The notes below the pieces were generated by a model. That model searched no databases, was not told the DNA's origin, and saw only the letters and a list, made by a program, of their open reading frames with translations. DNA of 56,684 nt, counting the filler, from Platydemus manokwari (lineage: Eukaryota): NCBI GenBank assembly GCA_037951405.1. It is 5 parts of 5 records of this genome, joined end to end, with 100 filler letters (N's around TTAATTAATTAA, not from the genome) between each part and the next. Parts side by side here need not be neighbours in the genome. Positions count along the whole stretch, not along the records: positions 9,141 to 21,749 come from JBBMOY010052235.1; positions 21,850 to 36,208 come from JBBMOY011473640.1; 3 more parts are not named here. One strand, written 5' to 3'. A program made the translations under genes and the position numbers. Positions within the stretch are counted from its first letter, which is position 1; each line of letters begins with the position of its first letter. Positions 13,121 to 27,992 of this stretch are shown in pieces.

Positions 13121-13649
13121 TGTTGATTCTTTTCGAGGTTTTTTAATTGAAAAGATGCTTTTGATGTATCATTTTCCGAAACTCATTACATTTCTTTAGC
13201 TCTGCTTTTGATCTTTTATTTGAAAACCCTAAAAATTATTCCCCGTGCTTACCGAAAAGAAATTTTCTTTGATCGTTATGGTTGGAATTAATTTGCTCAC
13301 ATGAACTTATTGTTATTTTGATTTAACATAAATTTTGATCAAAAATATAGCTCCTTTAAAAATGAAATTTCCATTCAATTCCAGGATTGATCAATTCTTT
13401 TGGATGGCACGACTTATTTAAATTCACCGCATTTCGGTAATTGTCCAACACAATCATAATCTAATAAAAGACTATTTATTTGAAAGTCTCCGAATGGCTA
13501 CTAGCAAGCGGGTTTGTTGTGTTGCGTGTCTACTATTTAAAGAGCTGGTGTATTCTGTCTCAAACTGCACGAACTGAGTAATTCAAGTATTCGTGAATTT
13601 CAATATGATATTAAAGATAAATACCTGGATCTAATTTTGATATCCAACA
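13121..13649 (+). mobile_element. Probable solo LTR (529 bp)
   Basis: TGTTG...CAACA termini, with a 3' end homologous to the 7628 copy. No target-site duplication seen, and the left boundary is uncertain. Confidence 0.45.
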
Positions 13650-13831
13650 TACTCACACAAGCCACAATATATGAATAAAAACCAAAAAAGAATTATCATG
13701 AAATCAATCTCAGTAAATATTGAGCTTAGAATTTTTCGATATCATTACAATACAAGTACAAAGAAACTTGTCTTATCAATTTTGAATAAATCAAAATTAT
13801 TATCGTTACATAAATAAGTGTTTTGTAAAAC

Positions 13832-14396
13832 TGTTGGCATCCATTGTTAAGATTCATATGATAGATTTCATTTTGAATAATGACTTATTTAATTTTCTTT
13901 TCTTTAGAGAATATATATCGATTTCAATTGAATTCTATGAACAATTAAAATAGGATTGAAAAATAAGACAAACACAAGAAAAACCAAAATTATAAAATAA
14001 TACTGGGATATTTTTGTGTGACGATTTGTTTTTAATTATAAGAAAATAATCCAAACAACTTTATTGGTGTAAAATAAAAGAAAATTAATAAGTGATTGTG
14101 ATCGATAAGTGAAACATTTATCACAAGAAATAAGTTTTGAAAGAACTCTTATAGCAGCAAGTTTCATTTAAAATTCAGTGTGGTAAAATTCACTTACTAC
14201 CAATATCTCAAGCTTTCGGGTATCGCATCAACTGATTTTATCAAAATTTTTTGTTGCATCTTATACTCAACTTTCAAATTGTCTTGGAGCTGTCATAGAG
14301 CTGTTATTTCAGTTAACCTCATTGGGAAAATGAGAATGTGTTAATTAGGATCTTGACCACCCAATCAAGCACACCAACACAACCTCCCTCTTTTCC
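13832..14396 (-). mobile_element. Probable 3' LTR with adjacent polypurine tract
   Basis: TGTTGG at 13832 and CCAACA at 14374-14379 form 6-bp inverted ends (548 bp). On the minus strand this is preceded by GGAAAAGAGGGAGG, a PPT-like tract. Confidence 0.45.
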
Positions 14397-15453
14397 AGGT
14401 AATTGTTTATTCGGACTTTCACGAACAATCAAAGATAATTAATCAATAATAATTAGAAGATGTAATAAATCATAAAATGATAATTATAGTATTATATATA
14501 CATTAGGAACCATTTTTGAAAATACTTAATTATAAATCGATAAATTTTTTATAATTATTTTACTACATAATTCGATAGACAGTCTGTTCGCCGACTTGAT
14601 CATATTTGCATAAAAACTGCAAAAACTGCAACTTGCTTTCATTGTAAATCCTAATGGCAAAAACACTTCCATATAGAGAAAAATAATATTGTTCGTAACA
14701 AAATTAAAATGTGACATGTATGTGTGGATTTTAAAGCATTAACAAATAATTATTTGAAAAACGGTTTAAAATATTGCGAATTAACATATTTTTGAAATAA
14801 TATCGGCTAATAATGCACAAAGCTAAAATAAATAGGCATAAAAGTTACGAAGAATGCTTAAGAAAATACTAAGAGTAATACTAAATTCCCCTCAAACATT
14901 TACCCACATTTTACACCAGGAATGATGGCAAGAGCGTTGAACGATTACCATTATGGAAGAATATCCCATTTTGGTAATTGTCCATAGGATCAGCTTTCTA
15001 TCAAGCAAGGCCGAAATAATGAACTATATAGTCAAACTCTTTTGTACAGCAATTTAGAAAGTAAAAAATGAAAAAGAATCTAACACTAAGTGAAGCTTAA
15101 GAATGGCAAAACACACACAAAACAAAACAACAGAAATAATAAGTGATTGGGAAAAATAAAAGAATAGGTCAAACACACCAGTTTGGCGTACGACACCACA
15201 AAATAATTCTGGTATACCTAAGATGATATAGAATACAGACTTGTAGAAAATATACAAAACAATGATGGACTCCTACAATGAGAGTTACTTTTAGCCACAG
15301 GAAATAATTTAAAAATTAAATGCAAGCAAACATCTTAGATTTACTGATAAATAGTGATCAAAATATGTTAAATTATTGTTAATCTACATTAAAAAGCTAA
15401 TTCTTCGATTAAAGTGATAATAATCGGAGTGATATTAAATAAGATGATATTAA

Positions 15454-16095
15454 CACATTGACGGACAGTAGGAACAAATGTTTTTGTAATTTTTAGAATA
15501 TTAGAAGTATAGTTTTACTTTTTTTGCCTAAATAAACTTAATTTTAATCAAAAATAAACAAATGGCAAAAAACTATTATTTTCGGCATGCCATGTTCAAA
15601 ACATGGTGCAAGACACAGTGCAGATTTTGATATGCGATTCTTGCAGCAATATGATGTTTCCTTCCGTATTCCATGTTTATAACATTGTTCACAACGCCGA
15701 AAAAATTACGAGAAATTTTCTCAGGAAAAAGCTGTGTTCTATTATAGTTCATTTTATTTGTTTGGATTCGTGCACCTTTAAATTGAACCAAAGACCATCG
15801 ATCCTGTTTATAATTTATACCAGTTAGAGATCGTATGATTGCTTTCCTTCACTACTCCCTTCACAACCATGTGTGTACTTAAGCTGCAAGTCGTGTAATA
15901 GGTGAAAAACAAAAGTCAACCGAAAGAATTGTTTCCAAAACATGACACTAGTCTTCTATTTGTATGCGGGTAAATGCACATTTGTGCTATAGTCGCTTGT
16001 CCAAAAAGGACTGTTTCGTTTTAGACGGCTATTGCTATCATGCCACATAGTGAATTTCGCTTTCTCGGTTATAGACGCAAGTGTCCGTCAACGTG
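15454..16095 (-). mobile_element. piggyBac non-autonomous deletion derivative (642 bp)
   Basis: TTAA target duplications at 15450-15453 and 16096-16099. TIRs CACATTGACGGACA and CACGTTGACGGACA match at 13/14. The minus strand encodes FRRCEQCYKHGIRKETSYCCKNRISKSALCLAPCFE, the piggyBac transposase C-terminal cysteine-rich domain. Confidence 0.9.
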
Positions 16096-17149
16096 TTAAT
16101 TGAAACCGAATGTAGTCCTCTTAATTTAACAATCTTGTGTTTAATAAATGAAAAAAAGTTTATTTGTACTTTGAAAATAATTCCATGAAATTTATAATAT
16201 TAACGGAAATTATAAAATCGTCATAAGATATTTAAAAGTAAAAAATATTAATATTTACATTTAAAAAAATGTTTCAATATTTCTAAATTTACTTTAGCGC
16301 GGATCCAGACTTAGTGATTTCATCTGTTATCAAAGAATTTTTTGATAATACATTCTAAGAATCTTATATGTGGTTGATGCTAGCAGCAATATTGAGCGAT
16401 ATTGATGTTTTTCGAATAGATTTTAAATATTATAATAAATATCACGAAATTAATACGAAATTTTTATAACTAGAAATATTTTTAATAATATAAATTTGAA
16501 AATAAATTTATTAGTTCAGAATATTTCGTATAACTTGCCAGTTAATTATTTGACAAAAATAAGATCATATAAAAACTTGTAAATCAATAGTCATGTGAAA
16601 TTTAATAAATTATGTCATTTTGTGGTTTTGGGTTTATTGGTAAAATTTATTACCAATTGTTTACGAAACAATAAACAATGTCAAGCATTTCATTCAATTT
16701 CAGCTGATTTACAATAACAATTCTTACAATTAACAATACCATCAATAGTTTGTTATTCCCATTTTCTCTAAAGAAATTACTCAGAAACGGCAGAACGGCA
16801 GTTGTTTCCTTGGTTCTTGTGAACCTTTCTATTGATTTTTGATCTACCCAACAATATCTTAAGTTGCATGTATGTAATTTTATTTTTTTAATATCTAATA
16901 AAATTGGATATTTAGATCTTTCATTTTTTTACTCGGTTATTTGTTATCTAGGTGTCTGTTTATATGTATTCATGCATTCTTAATGCTTAAAGATTTTCAA
17001 TAGATTCATATGGAGTTTTATTTTTTGTTTAAATTTACTTTTCAGATTACGAGCGCTATCATTACAATCAGTCGTTGTAGATGTATTTTTAACTGAAACC
17101 GAAGAGAGGAGTATAGTGTCAGGATTGATGAAAAACACTTTCGATTATT

Positions 17150-17800
17150 CAGGAGATTTGGATCAGATAACCGTTTCTATAGGTTCTTGAAAAGGGAGAC
17201 CAGTTGTAATATAACATTGTATGGGTTACGAAAGTTGTGGAAATTTTTGTGCATAGAGACCAATATTCTTCTTGAGAGAGGTATTACTAATGTTTGAAAA
17301 TTTTAGATATTAGAAGCCTGAATATTAATGTTAGGTTCGGTGATTTGCCCAGTAATCGAGGAAACTTTAGGAGATGGGGATTCAATAAGGGTTTTACAGG
17401 AGCCCGATCAATAGATAAAATATTTAGGAAATCCTTTCATGAAAATAGTAGGGAATTAATAGTCACTTGGGAACTTTGATATCAAGCGTGACATGTACAA
17501 AGGAGGAGTGTCGATAGATCAATATTTAATGGAGCCTGCCTAAGGAGGCACAAAGAAAACATATATCGCACAATCTTTTGAGAGGTTTAGGCAAAGAGAG
17601 AGCATTGAAAAAAAGCGTGGAAGTTGGATCGGAGGAAAATTCATTCTTATTAAAACAGGTATTCCCCTTTTTGGAGAGCAATGCAGAAGGCATGGTGTAA
17701 TTACTCCTGATTTTCTGTAGCATGTCCAATGCCAACTTAAATTTTGGGTGTTTGGATCAAGAAAGGATTGTGATAAACACAACTCCTCTTTTTTAAAATA
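17150..17800 (-). mobile_element. LINE ORF2 AP-endonuclease relic
   Basis: LCLSQSFLDPN..WTCYRKS..ALLSKKGIPV..IYVFFVPP, then PT/YFH, SIDRAPV, a frameshifted SDYWAI (cf. SDH) and NWS.F, in APE-domain order. A possible ORF1 knuckle remnant lies upstream at about 18030-18160. Confidence 0.6.
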
Positions 17801-18610
17801 TATTACTTGACTTGGACTCTTCTTAAATTCTATTCCAGATATAGGAAGCTATATTTATAGTCACTGTAAACTGCTGCTATTTTATAAAACATGCATTGAA
17901 GACGAATTAAAAAGTTAGAACACACAATATATATTTAAAAATATATTTAAATGAATAAAATTAATAATATATATATATTTTTAATATAAATTCCAATTAT
18001 AAATCTTTTAAATTTTAATTCATTTTAAATTCCTCGCATCGCACACTTGATACAGTCATCCGCTAGGCTTCTGAACATTTATTTATATTCATTAAAGCTT
18101 TCCCACTTTGATTTTTGGTGGTATCAAAGATTTGACTTGATGTCCCATATCAAAAATTATCATTGTTTTTATCAGAATTAGAACTTCACTCCAGATATTT
18201 AACGATTATTTCCATGTCTTGAGGTTTTCTTTTTTCCAGATCTTTTGTTCTCAGATATGCATATTTGACTTTTTCTTCATATTATTTCTGATTTATCAGG
18301 TTCCTAATTTCCTTATTTAATATGAATACCATTTGATATAAAGTCCTGATAATCATTTTGGTTTCCATTCATCGAAATCATTTACTATGCTCTACAGCAC
18401 ATCACTTACTGACAACGTGTTGTTCATTTGGTTATAAACAATTTTATTGTTTGTTTTTCCCATAATAAATCAATATATATTCTTAGTCCGAATTCTGACC
18501 GCAATATACCATTTGAATTACTGCTTCTCTTAATTTTTTACTCTACGTCTAATTTATTGGATTTTGTTACACTGATACTCCTGAAAATTGTCAAATTTAA
18601 CATCTAAAGC

Positions 18611-19146
18611 TGTTGTTGGGTATATCACAAATCAATCAAAGGGTTCACAAGAACTAAGGAAATAACCCTAAAAGGAATCGATACACAGTGATCCGATAAA
18701 CACATTTACCGTCAGTTAATCAGATTTGTTTTAATATTAATCCATATTTAGATGCTAAGAATCAACAGGCACATGCCTACAAATAGCAGCAAGCTCAAAT
18801 ATCTGCCGATGACACGATTAATGCAAGGAAAATTCCAAGTAGATAGATCTACGAACAGATACAGCAAACGGAAAATGACATCAGCTAGGCACATCAGATA
18901 GGTCTATAAAAGATGTAGAGTTCCATCAATAACTGCCAATCTTTTTGGTTGGTGATTCAAGTGTTAAGCTTACCTTTGTGTGATTTTTAGTAATCAGTCT
19001 TTTTGATTACTTTCTATTCTGTTTTTAACTTTCGGGCACTATTGCTGTCTTGCGTGACTTACCATTGTGAGTTGTGAAAAGATTTAATTGTAGTTATTGG
19101 AATTTTGATTGTGATATTTTGATTAATACTTCAAACACTTTTAACA
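18611..19146 (+). mobile_element. Probable solo LTR (536 bp)
   Basis: TG...CA termini and an internal TATAAAAG at 18905. It aligns over several hundred bp, in reverse complement, with 31355-32031. Confidence 0.65.
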
Positions 19147-19429
19147 TAATATCGCTTGAAAGAAAGTTCACCTTTTCATTTAAAAATTTTTTCCACATTT
19201 CTCAAAGCTGCATCTGAAAATGAATAAATAAATAATGAATAACGAACTAATAAAATCATCATCTGACACAAATTCAGATATTTTAACATATTCTCTCTAA
19301 TCTTTTCCATTTATCTAACAATTTTACAAAACTTCATAGGGTTCTCTATTAATATTGTACTAACATTTCACTGAGAGTTTCCTGTTATCTTATGTACAAT
19401 TTATCTTTATTATCTTATTATCTTCCCAA

Positions 19430-19900
19430 TTTTAGAATATGACAATTTCTTGGCACAATGCCGTAATCTATCACATTATCAAAGTATATAATTTGAATGA
19501 GATACATTAACAAGTATTCTCGCCTTGGAATTGTCTTTTTTATGTCTAGAAAACCGATTCAACTTAGGTTTTTTTTCAATCAACTTTCAGATTCTAGACA
19601 AAAAAGATACTTGAATTAGTCCTACTGTATTTCTCATTCACTGAATTCAATAATTATTTTATAACATGCTGAAAATCTAAATCAATAGCATCTCACCACT
19701 TGTGTTTTGGCAATCTTTTACAAATAATTTTCGATACCTCTTTAATTAAAAAATTTACTACATTCAGGTATCATACCCCATGTCTTTATCGAAGGCTATT
19801 CAAAATGATTTAAATACATTTTCATTTTTCCATTACAATTATTTGCCCTTTGAATTTCCATCTCGTTAATATTTCTCAAAATTTTAAATTTCTCTTTCTT
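19430..19900 (-). mobile_element. Possible LTR-retrotransposon gag relic
   Basis: Minus strand gives MYLNHFE, KLFVK/LP and a frameshifted knuckle CDRL/GIVPRNC. Confidence 0.3.
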
Positions 19901-21749
19901 CATTTGCCTCTGTAAGTTTTTTCCTTGAGTCATAAAATTCTACCGTTCTTCTCATCTTATTCTTTATATCCAACATTCTATTTTATCTCATGCAATGGCT
20001 AGTTCTGATTACGACTTTTCTTTATTTTCAGGAAATTTCAAATTTACTCCTGGTTTTGTCTTAAAAATTTAGTATCTTCGTAAGTATGGGTTGGTGTAAT
20101 TTACTCTGATTTTATCGGCAAGATAATGCTAAATATCTTAACTTCTTGCGTTACAAATTTTAGTAACACGACCTATATGGTCATAATTAAAGCGTGTCCT
20201 AAATTAGTTTTTATATTTTTTGAATTTGATGTTTGGTTGATCTCGATAACTCGCTGATTATTGACTGAGGACGATGGTTAGCGTAACAACCGATTATTGC
20301 TTTTTGGGGAATTTGCAATGGCAATTTGTGAGAAATTTAGAAAGACCTAGCAGATGCGTTGGTTAGAGATTTTTGATTATCATAACTAAAGTAACCTGTG
20401 GATGATGATCTTTCAATTCTACTTATATAAGCTTGCGCTATCTCGGTCATTGATGGTTGAGGAATCGTGAAAGAGTTCATGTCCATACTCATTGGTTTTT
20501 TAATAATGTATTAATAATCTATTAATCTGAGCGCTGTACTAATGTGATTGTGTGTACTGGTCATTTTATATTGGTTCCGAATGCTTGTTCTGGTAAGGTG
20601 GACAAATCAAATGTAAACTCATCTTCAACTTAGTCTGTATATACGATTATCGTGAATGTTTAGAATTTATTTCGTTTGCGATTGAATGTTGTACATGTTT
20701 ATTTTTGTATCTGTCTTTAGTCTTTAAAATTAAAAGTATAAAAAGATGTCGAAGTTTCTAAGTTAATAAATTGTTATTCCTTTTAGCCACGTAGAAGCTA
20801 GATGATAATCTTTATTCTCATTTGATAGTATGTATTGAACACACCTGTTTATTTCAAATTCCTTTTAGATCTTTACACGGGTTATTTTGTTAAAACTGAC
20901 AAAACTAATTGACGAATAAATTAATTAAATGAAGATACAAATTTCATGTACTATAAAAATGTTATTGAAGAGAATTATGTTAATAACAATTTCTAAAAAT
21001 AACTCTCATTCGATTTTATAAGAATTCTTAATGCAAAATTATTAGAATTTTAAAATGAAATTTCAAGTTTTTTATTCTCTTAATTGTTCATAATTGTTTT
21101 TTCATATGAAATTAAATATCGTGGTCTAAATTACTTTGATTTAAAATTCACGAGATTTGAATACCTATGGAAATGGTAAGTTAAATTGGTGGCTTAAGTT
21201 AAGAAAAAGGGTCTTTGACCCAATTTTAAAGTAATGACTTTTCGTGAGTTATTTGATATTAAAATTTATTTTTAATGATTTTTTAATGAAATTTTTACAT
21301 AAAATTCAATTTTAGATTTAGAACCAAAATTGAACTCTAACAATCAAAAACCATGTATTCGATGCCCGCTACTATTTTTGGTACTTTCAAAACATTCCTC
21401 GACAATTTCTATGACTACACTTAGGACTGGAAATATATTTCTGTGGCAAGATATTTCTTCAACGTCGAGGAATCTACAGATTTTGTTGTATCTCAATTAA
21501 TAATTTTTGAATTGTTGGTTTTTATTTTAACAAAAATTGTTAATATTTGTTGCTTATTAGTTTACCAATGGATATAATTTTGTAAATATAATTTTTTGTG
21601 TGAGCCCCGTGCACCAAAAGTACTTTATTCAGAATGTACTTTATTCAAAAAGAGACAAGGCTGAATTGTTGAACCTAGTTCCTATTTGAATTTTGAAAAT
21701 TATATATGTGTGGCATCTTCACCTGTACGATTTATTTGATTTGGATCAA

Positions 21750-21849
21750 NNNNNNNNNNNNNNNNNNNNNNNNNNNNNNNNNNNNNNNNNNNNTTAATTA
21801 ATTAANNNNNNNNNNNNNNNNNNNNNNNNNNNNNNNNNNNNNNNNNNNN
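21750..21849. other. Assembly spacer (44 N + TTAATTAATTAA + 44 N)
   Basis: Read directly. Confidence 0.97.
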
Positions 21850-24475
21850 TTACTTTTCCATTCAAAATTAGTGTTTCATTTTAACAAAAAAACGCTCATT
21901 TCATACCGGTACACCTGGTATATAGTTCTTTGTCAATCTTCGACAGGAGATTAGCTGATAAATATTAATCCGTCTTCCACAAAGTTTGATTAGAATTTTT
22001 TGCAGTTTAGAACCATACATTTTTTAAGATTTTACATCGAAGCCGGGGCCATATAATTCCCTCCGTCGATTTTTCATTCTTGAAGTCATATGACTGCTTC
22101 TTTAAATTACAATCAATAAAAGTATTATATTGTTTATTGTAATTTATTCATATTAATAGCACATACCTAATTATGTTATTTGTCAAATCCTTAGTGGAAA
22201 CATCAATTATCGACTTCTAACTACTCATAAATTATTAACGGTTTGAATAATCAAGAATATCTTGTTGGTTTAAATCTATTAAGACCACCTTATTGAATTC
22301 TATCAGTTTAATTGTGGTCTTTAATTTATTTCTTGTTTTATTTATTCATTTGACAATAAATCTGGAATATATAACTTTAAACTTATTTTTTCTCTTCGTA
22401 TAAAATTTGTTTATTTTATTAATGATACTTTATGTTTAAATTTCTAAAAGCTAGGATTCCTCACAGAATGCACTACTACATAATTAAACGTATGGGTATT
22501 TAAAGTAAATTTTCATGAGAACAAAAGAGTTGACAGAGTAACGAATGTAATCTCTTACGGAATTCAGAGATTGGCACTCAATAAAAAAGAATTAAATTTC
22601 ATCTCAGTATAAATACTTAGCTAAAATTAGAAAAATAGAAACACGCACACTAGTATTTCTAACAGACAAGAAGTCATTAGGGCATTAAAATATCTATCTT
22701 GCAACAGCAAAATTATTTTTGACATAATATATTCATAAACAAAAAATTATGGCTCAGTCTTCACAATATCTAGAATTAACATGTTATTTAAAAATAAACC
22801 AAATGGTGACAAATTATGATTTTAATAACTAAATAATGAATACGATTCATAACACAAAATGCAATGAATAATGTTATGTACCAATATAATTGTTAATGGT
22901 TAAAATAGAATAAGTAAGAAATTAATAATAATAAAGTTGGGCCTATCTGATATAGATCACAATTATTCGATTATAATTATTTATCTGACTCTAATAAGTA
23001 ATTAAGTATGTTCACTAAAATATATTCAGATAACAAATGCACAATCTTAGTAAATAAGCACGGAAGGCGAAGTCATTAATAATAGTCCAGTTAATAAGAA
23101 ACGGAAACATTCCACATACGAATCTGAGGTAATGTCCGAGGAACTATTCCTGGTCGTACAAATACCATCACAAATAATTTTACGATATTTTAAAGGTTTA
23201 CAGCTCCTATTTATCATACTTTACCGTACTATAAAAGAAAATAAATTACTACTTCGATTATGATAACTATTCTTTCGTAGATTCTGGAATGTTTAAGGGA
23301 ACCTTTGTTCCATAAAAAAATAATCTGGTAGTTTTCCTGGCTTCAATGACTCATCTGTCGCACTCTTGAATTGGTCTTCCTCGTTGACTTTGTTATAAAT
23401 ATTTCACAACATTTTGTTTTGGATAATCTTCATCTGATTACTTCGGTATTTATACACATTTACTTGCATCACTGCGCAGTGAAATGTCATTCTTTCCAAT
23501 CAATGTTATTTTAAAAAGTTAAACACCCATTTATCTACCAATTTTACTAAATGAAACGATTATAGCATTTTCATTTCATTATGTATTTATATTTTAATTA
23601 TTATAAATGGGATATTTGATTTCTTTTCGTGTAGCGTATTTTAAGTCGAATTTCGTGGACTCTAATAGTAAAATAATAATTATAATAAAAGCAGCCACAG
23701 CATCGAAAATAGCTAAACGATAGACAATAAGTAATATAAGTTTGTTAGGGAGTTGGCAAAGATAGCAAGCAATTCTATGTAACAATTTTGATCCCCAACT
23801 GTGACTTGAATAACATTAATAATGCATGGCCTGGTTGTACAGGCATAAGTTTTTATGACATTTTTATAAATGTATCAATTTTTAATTTGTAAATGTATCA
23901 ATTCTTTGGGCTTGGGTTGTTCAAGCGTTAATCCGGTAACAATTTTTATGTAAATCTTGACTAATCAAGCATTGTATTTTGTTTTTTATCCTTTTAATTA
24001 AATTTTTTATAATCAAGTTTTTGGGTGATTTGTTGAATTAATAATAATAGTAATAATTATAATAATATTTATGATAACAATTTTTACGGTTAATAAATAT
24101 AATAATACTTTTCAAGGAAATGTTGAATATTAAATGTGGAAATATTATATTATTTATACTCTAAACACAACGAGCGAAATTTATTTTAATAAAATAAAAG
24201 AGAAATCCTTGGGGAATAAATTTAATTGTACCCATTTTCGCTAATAATCCGTGACGATTAAATTCGTCTCCAGAATCATATAAATATGGGGGAAAACGTC
24301 ATGATTTTCGAACGAACTGCCTGTTACAACCAATTGCGTAAAGTCGTATTTTTGAAGCCCGATTTAAAACCACTAGGAAGATTGTGTGAAGTCGTATTTT
24401 CAAACTGAACGAACCGTCGCTCGAATTCGATTCATATTTTGCCACTTCTATTGTTCAAGTATATGCCAATCAACG

Positions 24476-24815
24476 TAAGTCCGATCGTATATAAAATACT
24501 GATCAATACTATAAAACTCGTGCATATTTTTCGACTATAGAGCTTGGTCTCAATTCCTTGAAAGGTGGTTTTGCTGCAATAGTGTGCAGACAATTAACCG
24601 TATATCTTCCCCAGAAGCTTGATAAAGTTGTTCGTGTAATTTTTATAGTTTTATTTAACCATTGTTAACCGTAGTAATTTATATAAGTGTCATTGTAGTT
24701 TTTGGTGTCAATAAATATTTAATAAAACAAATTTTGTTATTGATTTGCTTTTGAGTGAGACTGATAATATTGATAATAGTAGTTAAAAGTTGAGACTGAT
24801 AGTTTAGTTAAAACC
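24476..24815 (+). repeat. Unclassified dispersed repeat, partner of 8160-8550
   Basis: Same three shared blocks as listed for 8160-8550. Confidence 0.55.
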
Positions 24816-27800
24816 CACATAATGTTTTACGAAATATAATGTTCGAAATGTGTGAGTATTCAATCAACGAATTTTCTTTGCTTAAAATGATTAAAAAATC
24901 GAACTAATTGTGGTAATCGCTTTTTTAAATTTCTTTTGTATGCTGATATCTTTTGTGTTGAGAATTTTGCACTGTTTATAGTTTTTCTTGATTCTGTTTA
25001 CCTCTGATTCAAATGACATATTCCATAATTGATTAATGTAAAAAACCAATTAATTAATAGTTATATCATTATAATTAATTAATATCATACGAAATAATTA
25101 TGGTTCATTAATATTACAGAAATTTTATGTTAAGAACAATAACTCATACATTAAAATAAAATGTATCCATTTAAAAATTACATTAAATAGAAAATTAAAT
25201 TCAACTATTTAAAGAAAGTCAAAATTGGCCTAAAATTATTAGGTATGCACACATACAGAATGAATCTCCAAGAAAATTAAAAATTGTAATAAGAAAATAA
25301 TTATGCAACAGCTGGTACTGGAAATTTGTTTTACTTATAATCATTCAAAGTAATAGTCTTTGCCATTTGATCTGAGATAAAAACACATAAAAGTTAAGAA
25401 AAGTATTACGATAAAAGAATCAAGAAAGAGTATTTTAAGTAAGCATATTTTGATTATAGCTAAACTACCTCGTGTCCATTGTATTAAGGGTAAAGTGTTT
25501 TTAAAATTGTATTGAGGTAGACTGATAGAATTAGATTATATTAAGTAGAAAAAGCTTAATAGTTTAAAATCACTAAAAATAGAATTAGAACGAAATTTAC
25601 AAAAAAATAATTGCCAAAAAGTAATTAAAATGCCCATAATTTTAAAAATAATCATCAGTGTAGGAAAAAATTGTATATAATTGTTACAATTTATTAGATA
25701 ATTGCACTTAAAAATTGTATAGCGGCAAAGAAAAATCTTAACCTCAGAGTATATTAACTTCGACTTAATCATTCTGTGACAGAAAAGGCCTTTGTCAGTA
25801 ATCAAATTAAGTCAGAATCTGCATAAAAGTGTCAGAAATCATTTTCATCGAAACACCCTTGTTTTCAATCTGGAAATCAGCGACTTATTTAGATCCATCA
25901 CAGTATTTGATTAATTCTCAAGTAAAGTTTTCATTATTAAGCAAAGGATTGTCGTGAGGTAATTACGTTCGACATTTTCTTAATTTAACAACAATCTTAG
26001 TTTTGTTTCCATCTCTTTTACAAGAATTATAAATTGAAAGATTAATCCTAACCGTTAGGTACTCCATGCCTCGCTAATTCTGTTTTTTATATAGTTAATA
26101 AGGAACTAATTAAAAATTCGGACTGTAATATTGTATTGATAATCTTAATTCAATTCGGTTTTGGAATACAAATAAATTATATCAGTTTTTCATTAATTTA
26201 TTTTTTGCTATTTATCAGACTTTATCACCGTTATTATCAACATATAACTAAACTAATCATATTAGACGAATCGCAACCAACATTTTAATTATTAAAAACA
26301 CCCAACCCATAGATGAAAAATTTAATACCTTACAAAAAATTGAATTTGTGTCATAACTGGGTAAGAACCTGACTCGTTAAAGTCAGATAGGTTTTAACAA
26401 GAACTGCTGAGTTAGGTAAGATTAAACTCAACAGAATTATTTCATAATATAGTTTTTCATTAAATAAGTATGGGTAACATTTTTCTAAATTGATATTTAT
26501 AACTTGATAAAATAATTTTGCAAACATTGATTTTCATTAACCATTCATTCTTTGTAAAATAATTAACTTTGTAATCTAATTTTCATGGTATTTATAATAA
26601 CTCTTCAGTAATTTATAAGATTTATTGATAATATGATTTGGATTTCCGTATGCTCAGCTAAGTTTTGACAGTGCCTTTTGCTCATTAATTACAAACAAAA
26701 AATTGTTATTTGCTGTTACATTCTTGGAAAATGTTGTAGATTTTATAAAACACACAATTAAAAATACTAAGGGTAAAATCGTTTAATCAATCCCAATCAA
26801 TAACGTAAATAGTAAAATAAAAGTCAATCAACAAATCAATGTATAATCAGAAAGTGATTTCAGCACCCAGAAGAAAGAAAATGAAGCCAAAATTTTACTG
26901 ATCATAATTTTTTGCCAAGAGCCAATTCGCTTTATAACGATTCATTTTAACAAAATGTTCCAGAATATTCTATTAATTTTAAAATATTTGATTGAAGTAA
27001 GATATTTATTATTTTATTTTAGAATTATTCTAATTCCAATTACTTACAACTCTCTTCAAAATGTAACATTACACATCAAGCAAAAAGATATTTTTCATTC
27101 ATATTTATGATTTATTAAATATGGAAATGGTTTTTATGAGATTTGATTTATAAGTAAATTTGAATAATAAGATATGTAACAGGTAATTTGAAGGAATTAA
27201 ATTTTCAAAATTTGGTTGGCTTTAGGTAATTCCTGTTTGTTTTACTTAATTGAGGGTCTTTTTATATATGAAGACCGATACAGGAAAGATCATTTAAGAC
27301 TATCATAATTAAACTATTAAACGACATTGATTATATATTTCCGTGATATATAGTTTCCTAAAATGCATGTGGATAACACTAAATAACACGAATGCGGTGA
27401 TATTGATTCACCTTGATAACTAGAATACTTGTCGTATATAAAATTATCAATAAATGAGAACAACTAAATTAGTTATAATATTGCTTTGCTAATTGAACAA
27501 CAAAATGAATAAAACAAAAAATTCAGCGGCCAATATCGGCGAGAATGACTAATTATTTTACGATGCATAAGTACAGTGCCCAGGAGCGGAAGATGAGTTT
27601 ATTTACAAAACTAAAATTGACTGTATTATAAATTCCTCGAGAGTATTCCCAAACTAAATTGGAAGAGAGTGACGGGTGTTGCGAAATGTGTCTTATACTG
27701 ACGTACTTCCACTTTATATACTGCTACCAAAAAGTATTTAAATTAATTTATCAAACAGAGCAACGCAAAATCAAAGCGCAAGAATAAAAAAAAGTGTTAC

Positions 27801-27992
27801 AGAGCAAGATCAAGCTCAATATTATCATCTTTATCTTCAGCATATCAGAAGATCAAACAGTAATCCAGGTGGAAGTGTCGAGATAATACCCACGCAGGCA
27901 GCAAGCCTCATAATATAAAATATTATAAAATAATACATATAGTATAAAATATTACATAAAAATATAAGCAAATAAATCCACATTAATTAAAA

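Noticed and set aside
25536-25805. ITDKG as an integrase or DDE transposase motif
   Set aside because: It is a single short motif with no other catalytic blocks recognisable.
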